DNA of 63,966 nucleotides, the filler included, from Acidimicrobiia bacterium (GTDB lineage Bacteria > Actinomycetota > Acidimicrobiia > Spongiisociales > CAZKJJ01), in the NCBI GenBank assembly GCA_046759765.1. It is 5 parts of 5 records of this genome, joined end to end, with 100 filler letters (N's around TTAATTAATTAA, not from the genome) between each part and the next. Parts side by side here need not be neighbours in the genome. Positions count along the whole stretch, not along the records: positions 1 to 14,357 come from JBHICV010000054.1; 4 more parts are not named here. The stretch is one strand, 5' to 3'. Position numbers and translations under genes: made by a program. This document shows positions 1-9,393 of the stretch, piece by piece. Under the pieces are notes generated by a model that was not told the origin of the DNA, searched no databases, and saw only the letters and a program-made list of their open reading frames with translations. How positions within the stretch are numbered: position 1 is the stretch's first letter; the number at the start of each line of letters is the position of its first letter.

Positions 1-537
1 CTCGAGCCTCGCTATCGGGCGTTGGTGCTCGTTGGTGGGTACACGGGACTTCGGATAGGTGAGGCGACGCATCTGAGACCCGACCATCTCAACCTGCTGC
101 GCCGTCAGCTGCGAGTCGTTGAACATCTAAAGACCGAGGCCTCCCTCCGCACGGTCTCCCTGCCGAGATTCCTGGTCGAGGAGCTCGCCCAGCATCTCGG
201 TAAATACCGAGGCGAATACGTGTTCATCGCCCCCGAAGGCGGACAGGTCCGGCCACAAAACTTCCGCCGACGAGCCTGGCGTCCGGTAGCTCCCGAAGGA
301 GTCAGGTTCCACGACTTACGCCACAGCCACGCGGCCATGCTGATCGCTGCCGGAGTGCACCCCAAGGTCATTCAAGAGCGACTGGGCCATACATCGATCA
401 AGACCACTCTCGACATCTACGGGCACCTCTACGACGGGCTGGACGAGGCTGCGGCTGACACCCTGGACGACGTCTTCGAGCGGTCACGCGTGGACAAAAT
501 GTGGCCAAGCTCAACAGGTCAACTAGCCCAGAGTTAA
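1..537 (+). CDS. Tyrosine recombinase/integrase, C-terminal catalytic domain (5' truncated by window start)
   Basis: Frame open from base 1. Catalytic motifs GLRIGE, FHDLRHS, LGH and IYGH. Stop lies 16 bp from the 3' end of a tRNA. Confidence 0.92.
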   Translation, partial: LEPRYRALVLVGGYTGLRIGEATHLRPDHLNLLRRQLRVVEHLKTEASLRTVSLPRFLVEELAQHLGKYRGEYVFIAPEGGQVRPQNFRRRAWRPVAPEGVRFHDLRHSHAAMLIAAGVHPKVIQERLGHTSIKTTLDIYGHLYDGLDEAAADTLDDVFERSRVDKMWPSSTGQLAQS

Positions 538-553
538 GAAACCCCAGGTCAGA

Positions 554-630
554 TGGTGGAGGTGACGGGATTTGAACCCGTGGCCTCTTCGTTGCGAACG
601 AAGCGCTCTGCCTGGCTGAGCTACACCCCC
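554..630 (-). tRNA. tRNA-Ala(CGC)
   Basis: Reverse complement GGGGGTGTAGCTCAG...CTTCG-TTCGCAA-CGAAG...GGTTCAAATCC...CACCTCCACCA: cloverleaf, G3:U70 Ala identity pair, encoded CCA. Confidence 0.97.
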
Positions 631-661
631 GGGACGGGCGTCAGCCTACCTGTCTGCGGTG

Positions 662-1279
662 CTACTCCTTCGCCAGCTCGGCTCGCAACCGCTCCTGGAC
701 GATGGTGGTGGCGAGGTCGGCGCGGCTCCGCTCGATGAGCTGTCGAGCGACGTCGGTGGTGCGACGCAGACCGCCTGTCATCCCGTCCGGGTAGTCGAGA
801 GCCACCAGTAAGTCCATCACCTCGTCCATCGTGGTGAAAGTGTCCTCCGCGGCGGGCACATCGCCCGAGCGAAGTTGATCGAGGAGCCGGCGGCGGAGCT
901 CCCCCACCGCCTCCCCCAGGCCGTTGAGATAGGACGCAACGGGAACGCCCAGTGCGTGGTGATCGGGGACTTCCCGATTCTGGAAGAGAGCGAAGGTCAG
1001 TCTCGCCTCGGCATACTCCTTGGCGGCGTCGTGTGCGAACCCGGCGTTGAGATCGGGATGATCGGCCAGTTCCGTCGAGGTCTCATCCAGCAGGACCTCG
1101 GCCTTGTTCATCAGGTCCTCGGCGTCGGCGAAGTCACCCCGGTGGATGGCCCGTATGGCGTTGGCCGACATCTGGATCGTCCTGCGACTGTTCTGGAGGA
1201 TCGCCTCTCGGGACTGGAACTTGGCGTCCAGTTCGCTGCGAACTTGTTGTTCGATTCGGCCCAGGTCCAGATGAGGCAT
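662..1279 (-). CDS. Translin/TRAX (C3PO)-family protein
   Basis: 205 aa, helical character. Motifs RE..SR, AIRAIHRG, KEYAEA, YLNGLGEAVGELRR and LRRTTDVAR are typical of prokaryotic translin-family proteins. Confidence 0.8.
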   Translation of the reverse strand: MPHLDLGRIEQQVRSELDAKFQSREAILQNSRRTIQMSANAIRAIHRGDFADAEDLMNKAEVLLDETSTELADHPDLNAGFAHDAAKEYAEARLTFALFQNREVPDHHALGVPVASYLNGLGEAVGELRRRLLDQLRSGDVPAAEDTFTTMDEVMDLLVALDYPDGMTGGLRRTTDVARQLIERSRADLATTIVQERLRAELAKE

Positions 1280-1281
1280 CC

Positions 1282-1716
1282 TCAGCGATGGGCGACGACT
1301 CGGACCGGCTGCTCCTCGTCGGCGTACGTTGTGAGGCCGACCACCCGTGCCTGCCCCTCGCGGCGTTGCCGGATCTGTATCAGTCTCACGATGTACCAGG
1401 CGAGCACACCGTCAACCACCACGTGGAAGCCGAGCAACACACGCGAGCTCAACCACAGCGCCAGCGCGATCGACGCTATCGCAAGCAAGATCAGCACCAA
1501 CAGCACCCGCCGACGACGCTCTATGACTTGCCGACGGCCGAGGCGCTGATTGTCGGCTGCAGCTCGTTGCACAGACTCGAGGCGGGCTGTGAGACGGCTG
1601 AACTGGCGGGTCGTGGACACGGGAGCGTCCTTTCGAACAGTGAACAGCGCAGGCAGAAGGAAGAACGCCCACACGCCTGCCACCAGAAGCAGCAGTATTA
1701 CGCCGATAGTGTCCAA
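1282..1716 (-). CDS. Membrane protein, GlpR/SepX-like
   Basis: N-terminal TM ending WAFFLLP, then ERRRRVLL and two more TMs. Sits in the syntenic slot between the moeA cluster and tRNA-Ala. TTG start inferred. Confidence 0.55.
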   Translation of the reverse strand: MDTIGVILLLLVAGVWAFFLLPALFTVRKDAPVSTTRQFSRLTARLESVQRAAADNQRLGRRQVIERRRRVLLVLILLAIASIALALWLSSRVLLGFHVVVDGVLAWYIVRLIQIRQRREGQARVVGLTTYADEEQPVRVVAHR

Positions 1717-1771
1717 ATCATCCGCCCGCTGAGGTCGGAGGAAGTGTAAAAGGCCCCGCGCGGCAGTCCAA

Positions 1772-2260
1772 CTAACTGGCGGGGGCTTGGTGCTCCGTCG
1801 GCTTTCCGGACAGCAGCGCCATCGCATGGGAGAGCGCCAGGCCGATGACCTCCAGCGACTCCTCGGCACCGGCAGGTGATCCGGGAAGATTCACAATCAG
1901 CGTCGATCCGGCGATCCCGGCCACTCCCCGCGAGAGCATTCCGTGAGGGTTCTTCCCGAAAGTGGCCGCCCGCATCGCCTCGACCAGGCCAGGCGCCGGG
2001 CGCTCGATCACCCCGCTGGTGGCTTCCGGTGTTACGTCTCGCGGTCCAAATCCGGTCCCTCCCGTCGTTACCACCAGGTCGATGCCTCCGCTGACATAAC
2101 CCTTGAGGGCCGAACGCACGGATTCGACACCGTCTGGCACCACCTCGATCTCGGCCGGGAATCCAAGGTCGGCCAGACGAGCGACTAGCGCCGGGCCGGC
2201 TCGATCCTCCGCTTCGCCAGCGCTGACGCGGTCACTAACGGTCAGAACCTTGGCTTTCAT
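1772..2260 (-). CDS. mog: Molybdopterin adenylyltransferase MogA/MoaB
   Basis: [33 protein letters not shown] overlap with moaC. Confidence 0.9.
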   Translation of the reverse strand: MKAKVLTVSDRVSAGEAEDRAGPALVARLADLGFPAEIEVVPDGVESVRSALKGYVSGGIDLVVTTGGTGFGPRDVTPEATSGVIERPAPGLVEAMRAATFGKNPHGMLSRGVAGIAGSTLIVNLPGSPAGAEESLEVIGLALSHAMALLSGKPTEHQAPAS

Positions 2261-2727
2261 CGGGTCCACTCGCCCGATCGCCCTCCGCTCTTGAGCAGGA
2301 GGCGGACCCTCTGGATCTCGACACCCCGTTCGACGCCTTTGATCATGTCGTAGAGGGTCAAAGCTGCCACCGACGCCGCCGTCATGGCTTCCATCTCGAC
2401 TCCTGTCGGCCCGGTAGTGCTCACCCGGGCCAGAATCCGGGCTCCTTCATCTACGCGAGTGACCTCCACGGCAACTGATGTCAGCTGTAGTGGATGACAA
2501 AGAGGAATCAGGTCGGAGGTCTTCTTCGCGGCCATGATCCCGGCCAGTCGGGCCGCGGCCAGCGCATCGCCCTTCGGCAGGTCTGCCGAGAACAACAGCT
2601 CCTGTGTGGTGGGCGTCATCGCGACGATCGCCTCCGCCTCGGCCACCCGCTCGGCATCAGGCTTGTCCGAGACGTCCACCATTCGCGCCTCGCCCGAGGG
2701 CGAGAGATGGGTCAGTTCCTCAGCCAT
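2257..2727 (-). CDS. moaC: Cyclic pyranopterin monophosphate synthase
   Basis: [35 protein letters not shown]. Confidence 0.96.
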   Translation of the reverse strand: MAEELTHLSPSGEARMVDVSDKPDAERVAEAEAIVAMTPTTQELLFSADLPKGDALAAARLAGIMAAKKTSDLIPLCHPLQLTSVAVEVTRVDEGARILARVSTTGPTGVEMEAMTAASVAALTLYDMIKGVERGVEIQRVRLLLKSGGRSGEWTR

Positions 2728-3955
2728 CCAGTACTTCCTCCCGGCGGCGGCTCTCAGGCCAGGTAAACATTTCGATCTCGACTTCGGCTCCGGCCTCAAC
2801 GTCCCCAACTCCTGCGGGTATGACCATAAAGCCGGTGGATGCGGCGAGCGCGGAAAGCATGTGGGAGCTCTGCCCACCGCTGAGGCCGGCCTCCCACCTA
2901 CCGGACCGCAGCTCCACCCAAGCACGCAAGAAGACCGTCTTGGAGTTGTCCGTGGTCACCGCCTCAGTGAGGATTCCCGGGACCCGCGGTCGGAACAGGA
3001 GCTCGGCACCCATCATGGAGAGCAAGGCCGGACGGGTGAACTGCTCAAAAGCAACCATCACAGAGACCGGATTGCCGGGCAGCCCGAAGAAAGGGCTGCC
3101 ATCGATGAGGCCGAAGGCAAACGGCTTCGCCGGCTGCATCGCTACCTTCCAGAACTCGACGCCTCCGAGCTCCGTCAGGACGGCTTTGACGAGGTCGTAT
3201 TCCCCCATCGACACCCCGCCAGACGTCAAGACCGCGTCGGCTTCGGCAGCCGCCTTCGTAAGGGTCTCACGGAGGAGGTCGGCGTCATCCGGAATTATGC
3301 CGAGATCCAGAACCTCGACGCCCAGCTCAGCGCAGAGCCCGCGGAGCAGGATCCGGTTGGTGTCTCGGATCTGGCCTGGCTTCAGCTGAGCCGTCTCCGG
3401 GGGCACGAGCTCGTCTCCGGTGGAAAGCACCGCCACTCGCGGCCGCCGACCCACCACCGGCTTTGCGGCACCGACCGACGCCAGCACGCCAAGGTGAGCG
3501 GGCCCGAGCCTCGTTCCCGACTCCAAGACGATCTGGCCGGCGACCAGGTCACTTCCCGCCGGACGGACGGCTTCACCGGGATCGACCGGGACCCGGACAA
3601 TCACCTCACCGTTGCCGCTTTCGGTATCTTCGACCTTGACCACCGCATCGGCGCCCGGCGGAAGGGGCGCTCCGGTCATGATCTTGATTGCCGTGCCCGC
3701 ACGCACTTCCCCGTGGGCGACGTGGCCAGCCGGCACATCCTCCAACACGGGAAGGCGGGCCGGCACCGTTTTTGTGTCCGCCGCCCGGAGCGCGTATCCG
3801 TCCATGGCGGAGTTCGCAAACGGCGGAACTGGATGCGGAGCGGTGACCGGCTCAGCCAGGACGAGACCGAGCGACTGCTCCAAATCGGTCGGCTCGCTGG
3901 GTAGGCGCGGGCACGCCTCTAGGACATCGCGCTGTGCGTCGCTCAGCGGCCTCAC
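2720..3955 (-). CDS. moeA: Molybdopterin molybdotransferase
   Basis: [40 protein letters not shown] start overlaps the galU stop. Confidence 0.95.
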   Translation of the reverse strand: MRPLSDAQRDVLEACPRLPSEPTDLEQSLGLVLAEPVTAPHPVPPFANSAMDGYALRAADTKTVPARLPVLEDVPAGHVAHGEVRAGTAIKIMTGAPLPPGADAVVKVEDTESGNGEVIVRVPVDPGEAVRPAGSDLVAGQIVLESGTRLGPAHLGVLASVGAAKPVVGRRPRVAVLSTGDELVPPETAQLKPGQIRDTNRILLRGLCAELGVEVLDLGIIPDDADLLRETLTKAAAEADAVLTSGGVSMGEYDLVKAVLTELGGVEFWKVAMQPAKPFAFGLIDGSPFFGLPGNPVSVMVAFEQFTRPALLSMMGAELLFRPRVPGILTEAVTTDNSKTVFLRAWVELRSGRWEAGLSGGQSSHMLSALAASTGFMVIPAGVGDVEAGAEVEIEMFTWPESRRREEVLDG

Positions 3956-4761
3956 AGGTCGAGCTCCTTCAGAAAGAGCCGGTATGCGTCGCCGTAGTCG
4001 GATTCGAGACCAAGCAGGGTCGTCCCCTCCAGGTACCCGTTGGGGTTCCCGACGTCCAGGGGTTCCGTCCCGACCACGACTGCCCGACACCTACCCCGCT
4101 GCGCCAGCCAGTCGATCGTGTCAGTGATCTGTACTTCTCCGCCGACACCGGGCTCCAAGGAGGCGAGATGATCAAAGATTTCCGGGGTGAAGAGGTAGCG
4201 GCCAATCAAGCCCAGGTTGGAAGGTGCATTATCCACCCCCGGCTTCTCGACTGCACCTTCTATGTCACATACGCGGTCCGAAATCCATCGTCCAGGCGCA
4301 ACGATGCCATAGCGGCCGAGCCACTCGTCGGTCACCTCCCGCACCGCCACGACAGACCCCTCAGATGCGGCCTCGGCTAGCTGCGGAAGTACGTCCTCGC
4401 CCGCCAGCACGATGTTGTCGGCGAGGAGGGAGAAGAACGGCCGCTCGGCAACCGCATCCCGGGCAGTCAGGATCGCGTCGCCGAGACCTCTCTGTCCTGG
4501 CTGGGTGACCGCTCTTACTTTCACCTCCTCGAGCCCCGGCAGTGCTCCCTCCTCATAGAAGTGGCGCTCGACAAGCTCTCCAACTCCCGGGTCGACCACC
4601 AGGATCACGTCGGTTGCTCCGGCCCGGGCGGCCTCTTCAACCACGTACTGGATAGCGGGGCGGTCGACGACCGGCATCAGGGCTTTCGGCAGGACTCTGG
4701 TGGCAGGCCTCATACGTGTGCCCTTGCCAGCCGCCGGTATGACGGCTACGTCAGCGGCCAT
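3952..4761 (-). CDS. galU: UTP-glucose-1-phosphate uridylyltransferase
   Basis: AVIPAAGKGTRMRPAT..PK, GLGDA, VEKP, GEVQITD. Actinobacterial galU-moeA synteny. Confidence 0.88.
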   Translation of the reverse strand: MAADVAVIPAAGKGTRMRPATRVLPKALMPVVDRPAIQYVVEEAARAGATDVILVVDPGVGELVERHFYEEGALPGLEEVKVRAVTQPGQRGLGDAILTARDAVAERPFFSLLADNIVLAGEDVLPQLAEAASEGSVVAVREVTDEWLGRYGIVAPGRWISDRVCDIEGAVEKPGVDNAPSNLGLIGRYLFTPEIFDHLASLEPGVGGEVQITDTIDWLAQRGRCRAVVVGTEPLDVGNPNGYLEGTTLLGLESDYGDAYRLFLKELDL

Positions 4762-4948
4762 GAGACACAATCTGGGGTTCGGAGCCGCGGCTGCTACCGC
4801 TCCTGACCGAATAGATGTAGACCCCGCGTCTTCGGCTCACCAGCACCGCGAAATCGAGGCTGCCGCGGAGATAAGACACGGCGGCTACCAGCGCATTCAC
4901 CGCCACGGCACAAGTCTATCCCGGGGTCTTGATATCATCTCCCGGTCC

Positions 4949-5242
4949 TTGCCCACCTACGAATATGCCTGTTCGCGGTGCGGTGAACGCCTGGAAGTGT
5001 TCCAGTCTTTCAGCGACAAGCCGCTACGCATTCACGAAGACTGCGGTGGCAGTCTCGAGAAGGTGCTGCATCCCCGCGGCGTGATATTCAAAGGGTCGGG
5101 CTTCTACACAACCGACTCTCGCAGTGCCCTGCCGAGAAAGGCTTCTCCAGCCTCCTCCAAGGGTGATGGCAAAACCAAGAGCTCTTCTGATGCCAAGACC
5201 GGCAGCAGCAAGAAGAAGGACTCATCGGATGGGAGTGGCTGA
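4949..5242 (+). CDS. FmdB-family zinc-ribbon protein
   Basis: PTYEYACSRCG...CGG...FKGSGFYTTD with a Ser/Lys-rich tail. TTG start inferred. Confidence 0.88.
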   Translation: MPTYEYACSRCGERLEVFQSFSDKPLRIHEDCGGSLEKVLHPRGVIFKGSGFYTTDSRSALPRKASPASSKGDGKTKSSSDAKTGSSKKKDSSDGSG

Positions 5243-6026
5243 CGTGATTGGCGTTTTCGGAGGTACTGGCTTCTACGAGTTCCTGGAGGAAGCCCAGGAG
5301 GTGAAAGTGGACACCCCTTACGGCCAGCCCTCAGCTCCGGCCACCGTAGGGCAGATCGGCGAGGTGGACGTGGTTTTCATCCCCCGCCACGGTCGGAGGC
5401 ACGAGTTCCCTCCGCACCTCGTTCCTTACCGCGCTAACGCCTGGGCCTTCCGAGAGCTGGGAGTGGATCGCATAATCGGGCCCTGTGCGGCCGGAAGCCT
5501 CACGCCTTCATACGAACCTGGACACTTCGTAGTAGCCGACCAGCTCGTCGACCGGACGCACGGGAGAGACTCGACCTTCTTCGACGATATCGAAACCAAG
5601 CACATCTCTTTCGCCGACCCTTACTGTCCGGAGCTTCGCCCGCTTGCCATTGCGGCCGCCCGGGAAGCAGGAGCAACAGTCCACGAGCGAGGAACGGACG
5701 TGATCGTGCAGGGGCCACGATTCTCTACTCGGGCCGAGAGCCAGTGGTATGCGCGAGCCGGTTGGGAGTTGATCAACATGACCCAACTACCCGAAGCTTC
5801 GCTGGCCCGCGAGCTGGAGATTTGCTATGTCAACGTGGCAGTCATTACCGACTACGACGTCGGAGTCGAAGGCGAGATCGAGCCGGTGACTCACCGGCAG
5901 GTCATCGAGGGCTTCAAAGCCAGCCTGGGGACGCTCCGGCAGACAATTCGCAACTTCGTCGGGCCCGCCTCGCAGACGCCCCGCAATTGCCCGTGCGCGA
6001 GGTCACTCGCTGACGCCGCTGGATAA
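5235..6026 (+). CDS. mtnP: S-methyl-5'-thioadenosine phosphorylase
   Basis: IGVFGGTG, TPYG, PRHG, GPRFSTRAES, NMT, TDYD. Confidence 0.9.
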   Translation: MADVIGVFGGTGFYEFLEEAQEVKVDTPYGQPSAPATVGQIGEVDVVFIPRHGRRHEFPPHLVPYRANAWAFRELGVDRIIGPCAAGSLTPSYEPGHFVVADQLVDRTHGRDSTFFDDIETKHISFADPYCPELRPLAIAAAREAGATVHERGTDVIVQGPRFSTRAESQWYARAGWELINMTQLPEASLARELEICYVNVAVITDYDVGVEGEIEPVTHRQVIEGFKASLGTLRQTIRNFVGPASQTPRNCPCARSLADAAG

Positions 6027-6081
6027 CTGCGCTCGCCCTGATGACTCACTCCAGCTCGCGTCGCATGTTCCTGCCAAGGCC

Positions 6082-6666
6082 ATGACGGAGCCGGTCGCGG
6101 CGATCCTCGTGGGGGGCCGGAGCCGCAGGATGGGCGCCGATAAGGCCCTGGTGAGGATCGCGGGTCTGCCAATGGTGCGCTGGGTCGCCAAAGCGGCAGA
6201 CTCGATCACGTCTCGGGTGGTTGCCGTCGGGCGGGACAACCCTCTCGCCGGCATTCCTGCGATTCCCGACATACCCACCTCTAGAGAGGGAACGCTGGCC
6301 GGCCTGGTGACGGCGCTGGAATTCGCCGCCCCCGATCCGGTTCTGCTTCTTGCGGTTGACCAGCCCTTTGTCCGCTCGGAGACACTCAACAATCTCTGGA
6401 AGGAGCTCGAAGGCACGCCAATCGTGCCGCTGGACGAGCAGGCCCGGCAGGTGACCTGCGCGATATATCCGGGATCACTCGCTAACGACGCCTCCGCGGA
6501 ACTGGAGCAGGGAGGCTCGGTCCAGAGCTTGCTCGACCGGGTCTCTCATGAAGAGCTGCCGGCGGATGTTTGGGAGACCTGGGGAGAGGACGGCAGATCC
6601 TGGTTCAGCGTCGACAGCACCGAAGCACTCGCCGAGGGCCTCCGCCGATACGGCTCACCGGGCTGA
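6082..6666 (+). CDS. mobA: Molybdenum cofactor guanylyltransferase
   Basis: ILVGGRSRRMGADKA and LAVDQPF motifs. Close to the Moco genes. Confidence 0.85.
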   Translation: MTEPVAAILVGGRSRRMGADKALVRIAGLPMVRWVAKAADSITSRVVAVGRDNPLAGIPAIPDIPTSREGTLAGLVTALEFAAPDPVLLLAVDQPFVRSETLNNLWKELEGTPIVPLDEQARQVTCAIYPGSLANDASAELEQGGSVQSLLDRVSHEELPADVWETWGEDGRSWFSVDSTEALAEGLRRYGSPG

Positions 6667-6708
6667 CATCCCTCTTCCGATGGCCGGCCCGGCGCGGTAC
6701 GTTGGCGG

Positions 6709-7242
6709 GTGTACTGGCTTCGGCGGCCCCCCTACCTTCGTTACGCGGCCGCCGTGGCCATCTTCTTGGGCGCCGCCTGGCTCGAGCTCCGCGGACCAGC
6801 GCTGGTGCTCCATCCATTCGCCTTAGATGAGGTTCCGGCCGGCACGCCGTTGTTGGAGGGCTCTGTTGAGTGGCGGGAGGTGCCGGCGGGGCTGCTCCCA
6901 CCCGTACCTGCCGACGGCGTAACGAGCCGTCTTGTGGAACCAGGCAGCCCGCTGCTGCCTGGCGACGTCGGTTTAGCGGGCCCGCAGGCTCCGGAAGGCT
7001 GGTGGGGACTCGAGCTACAGATTCCCAGCCGAGCTCAGGCAGGCCAAGAGGTCCAGATCGTTGTCATGGAAGCGTTCGGGGGCGGCATCACCTCTGTGCC
7101 CGGCGTGGTTCTAGAGCCGAGCCAAGGCGACTCTTTTGGCTTCGGCGACGTGCCAGGTCTCGTCGCGGTGCCCGCCGAGCACGCGGTTGTCGTGGCGCTG
7201 GCGTCTGCAGAGGGACAACTCACGGTTCTTATCGAGCCTTGA
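6709..7242 (+). CDS. SAF/CpaB-like membrane-anchored protein
   Basis: N-terminal TM followed by a beta-clip-like segment (VPAGTPL...GSPLL). SAF proteins occur in this actinobacterial locus. Confidence 0.45.
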   Translation: MYWLRRPPYLRYAAAVAIFLGAAWLELRGPALVLHPFALDEVPAGTPLLEGSVEWREVPAGLLPPVPADGVTSRLVEPGSPLLPGDVGLAGPQAPEGWWGLELQIPSRAQAGQEVQIVVMEAFGGGITSVPGVVLEPSQGDSFGFGDVPGLVAVPAEHAVVVALASAEGQLTVLIEP

Positions 7243-7289
7243 CGCAGGGCCGGTTGAAATCGCCGGCGCGCATCGCCAACCTTTCTTCC

Positions 7290-7721
7290 GTGCCTGAGAC
7301 CGCAGATATTCGGCTCGCCGCTTACGCATACAGCGTCCGCGACGGATCGCTCTTACTCGCTCAGATCGCCCCCGGCGAAGACGACGCCGGTCATTGGACG
7401 TTGCCGGGCGGGGGGCTCGACTGGGGTGAGCATCCCGAGGATGGGCTCGCCCGCGAGCTGTGGGAAGAGACCGGGCTCCGGGGCACGATCGAGGATCTGC
7501 TGGGTATCGAGTCGATCGTTTTTCCGGCTGAACGGCGGCCCGGATTACCGGCGCTGCACTCGCTTCGCATCGTCTACCGGGTCGACTGCTCCGGTGTGCC
7601 CAGAGTCACGGAGAAGGACGGCAGTGTCGACGATACGCGGTGGATTCCCCTGGACGATCTCAGCTCCATCCCTACGGTCGACCTCGTGGACTTTGCGCTC
7701 CAGAAGTCGGGTGCTCACTAG
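7290..7721 (+). CDS. NUDIX hydrolase
   Basis: Nudix box GGGLDWGEHPEDGLARELWEETG. Confidence 0.9.
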   Translation: MPETADIRLAAYAYSVRDGSLLLAQIAPGEDDAGHWTLPGGGLDWGEHPEDGLARELWEETGLRGTIEDLLGIESIVFPAERRPGLPALHSLRIVYRVDCSGVPRVTEKDGSVDDTRWIPLDDLSSIPTVDLVDFALQKSGAH

Positions 7722-7730
7722 GGTGCGTCC

Positions 7731-8489
7731 GTGCTCGAGCCCGTACTGTGGGGCTTAGTCCAAGGCCTGACCGAGTTCCTCCCCATCTCCTCGTCGGGTC
7801 ACCTCGTCTTGATACCGGAGCTGTTAGGAGTCGACGCTCCCGACCTGGCCACCACGGCGGTGCTGCACTTGGGAACGCTTACGGCAGTGGTGGTCTACTA
7901 CCGCGGGGAGCTCGTCTGGCTTGCCCACTTCCGATCTGATACGGATGCCCGCCGGGTCCTGACCCTGCTGGTAATTGCCACGCTGCCCGCTATAGCAGTG
8001 CTCGCAGTGGAGGGGTTGATCGAAGACGTGCAGGCTTCGGCCGTTGCGGTCGCCTGGCTGCTGGTGATGAACGGGGGCATCCTTTTCATCTCCGGGTTCC
8101 TGCGCACCGGCTCCCGGTCACTCGAGGGCGGGAAGCCTTGGGATGCGATAGCCGTCGGGGTTGCGCAGGTGCTCGCGGTTTTCCCCGGACTTTCCCGTTC
8201 CGGCCTCACGATCACGGCCGGCCAGGCCCGGGGTTTCCAAGGGACCCAGGCGGCACGCTTCTCCTTCCTACTCAGCATTCCCGTCATCCTCGCCGCCGCG
8301 ATAATCGAGGGCGCTGAGCTGGCGGGGGAAGGAGGCCTAGCCGTCGACGTACTGATCGCGGTCGCGGTAGCCGCCTTGGCGGGCTACGCAGCGATTGCCA
8401 TCGTGTTGAGAGTTGTCAACCGGTACGGGCTGCGACCCTTCGCCTACTACTGCTTCGCGCTCGCGGCCGTAGCGCTTATCGCGCTCTAG
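7731..8489 (+). CDS. uppP: Undecaprenyl-diphosphatase
   Basis: GLVQGLTEFLPISSSGH, PGLSRSG, multiple TMs. Confidence 0.96.
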   Translation: MLEPVLWGLVQGLTEFLPISSSGHLVLIPELLGVDAPDLATTAVLHLGTLTAVVVYYRGELVWLAHFRSDTDARRVLTLLVIATLPAIAVLAVEGLIEDVQASAVAVAWLLVMNGGILFISGFLRTGSRSLEGGKPWDAIAVGVAQVLAVFPGLSRSGLTITAGQARGFQGTQAARFSFLLSIPVILAAAIIEGAELAGEGGLAVDVLIAVAVAALAGYAAIAIVLRVVNRYGLRPFAYYCFALAAVALIAL

Positions 8490-8509
8490 GGTCAGAGAAG
8501 GAGGGCGGT

Positions 8510-8890
8510 ATGTCATTTCAAGGTATCTCGTGGGTAGGCCACAATGTTCCGGATTTCAAACAGTCCGTCGAATTCTTCAATGACCTCGCTGGACTGGAGC
8601 TGACTCACCGTGACAACGAGACGGAGGTTGCCCACTTCCGGCTTGGCAACGGCGACATCTTCGAAGTCTTCGGGCCTTCCCACCCCGAGGAGGCTGACCG
8701 CGGCCAGCAGCTAGCCATGGCCTTCGAGGTGGACGACTTAGAGAAATCCCGCGCCGAGATGGAAGCCCGAGGCGTGAATTTCGTCACGAAGATCGAAACC
8801 TGGAAGGACCACGCCTGGTGCTATTTCGAAACGCCCGACGGGGTCGTATTCGAGATCAAGCAGTCAGGCCGAAGGCCCGAGAGGTCCTAA
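8510..8890 (+). CDS. VOC/glyoxalase family protein
   Basis: AFEVDDL...YFETPDGVVFEI pattern. RBS AGGAGG upstream. Confidence 0.85.
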   Translation: MSFQGISWVGHNVPDFKQSVEFFNDLAGLELTHRDNETEVAHFRLGNGDIFEVFGPSHPEEADRGQQLAMAFEVDDLEKSRAEMEARGVNFVTKIETWKDHAWCYFETPDGVVFEIKQSGRRPERS

Positions 8891-9384
8891 CCCATCCAGC
8901 CAGGCGGTCCGTCGTCGGGAAGGAAACTGTAGACCCGCTCGCCCGAGAAGAGCCTCTGTTCGGGATCCCAGGGGAAGAAGATGACGTTTCGCCAGCTGAG
9001 TTCCTCTCCGGTCGGTTCGTGACCGAGCCAAGCGTTGGTATGCGTCCCGGTGACCACGGCCTCTTCACATACGCCCTGGGGACCGATGACGATGTAGGTG
9101 AGGCTGAAATTAATGTCAGGGAAGGCTGTCAGCAGCTCGGTGTAGAAGCGGGCCGCTCCCTCATGGCCTTTCCAGCGGTGCCCGGTCTGGACCAGCTCGT
9201 AGACACAGTCCGGCGTGAGCGTCGAGAGGATGCCCGGTAGATCCCGGGCGTCCTCCGCTTTGGAGTGCTTTTTCCAAAGGGCTCTGATCTCGTCGTAGGA
9301 CGGGAAGTCGTCGTCACGCGCCAGTAGCTCCCTCATCGCCGGCCGCTTGTTGGCCGCCTCCTGCACCAATTCCGTCGTGCCCAA
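8887..9384 (-). CDS. SnoaL-like ester cyclase / NTF2-fold protein
   Basis: FY..LLTAFPD, GTHTNAWLGHEPTG, GERVY. Confidence 0.75.
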   Translation of the reverse strand: MGTTELVQEAANKRPAMRELLARDDDFPSYDEIRALWKKHSKAEDARDLPGILSTLTPDCVYELVQTGHRWKGHEGAARFYTELLTAFPDINFSLTYIVIGPQGVCEEAVVTGTHTNAWLGHEPTGEELSWRNVIFFPWDPEQRLFSGERVYSFLPDDGPPGWMG

Positions 9385-9393
9385 TCTCGCCTC

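Noticed and set aside
553..738. 61-aa ORF MVEVTGFEP... and the ORF at 52912
   Set aside because: Translations of tRNA sequence, not proteins.
2534..3904. Long antisense ORFs (e.g. 2534-3904 +, 15914-16861 +, 26072-27133 -, 44755-45612 -)
   Set aside because: Shadow frames of well-supported genes in high-GC DNA, with no recognisable motifs.
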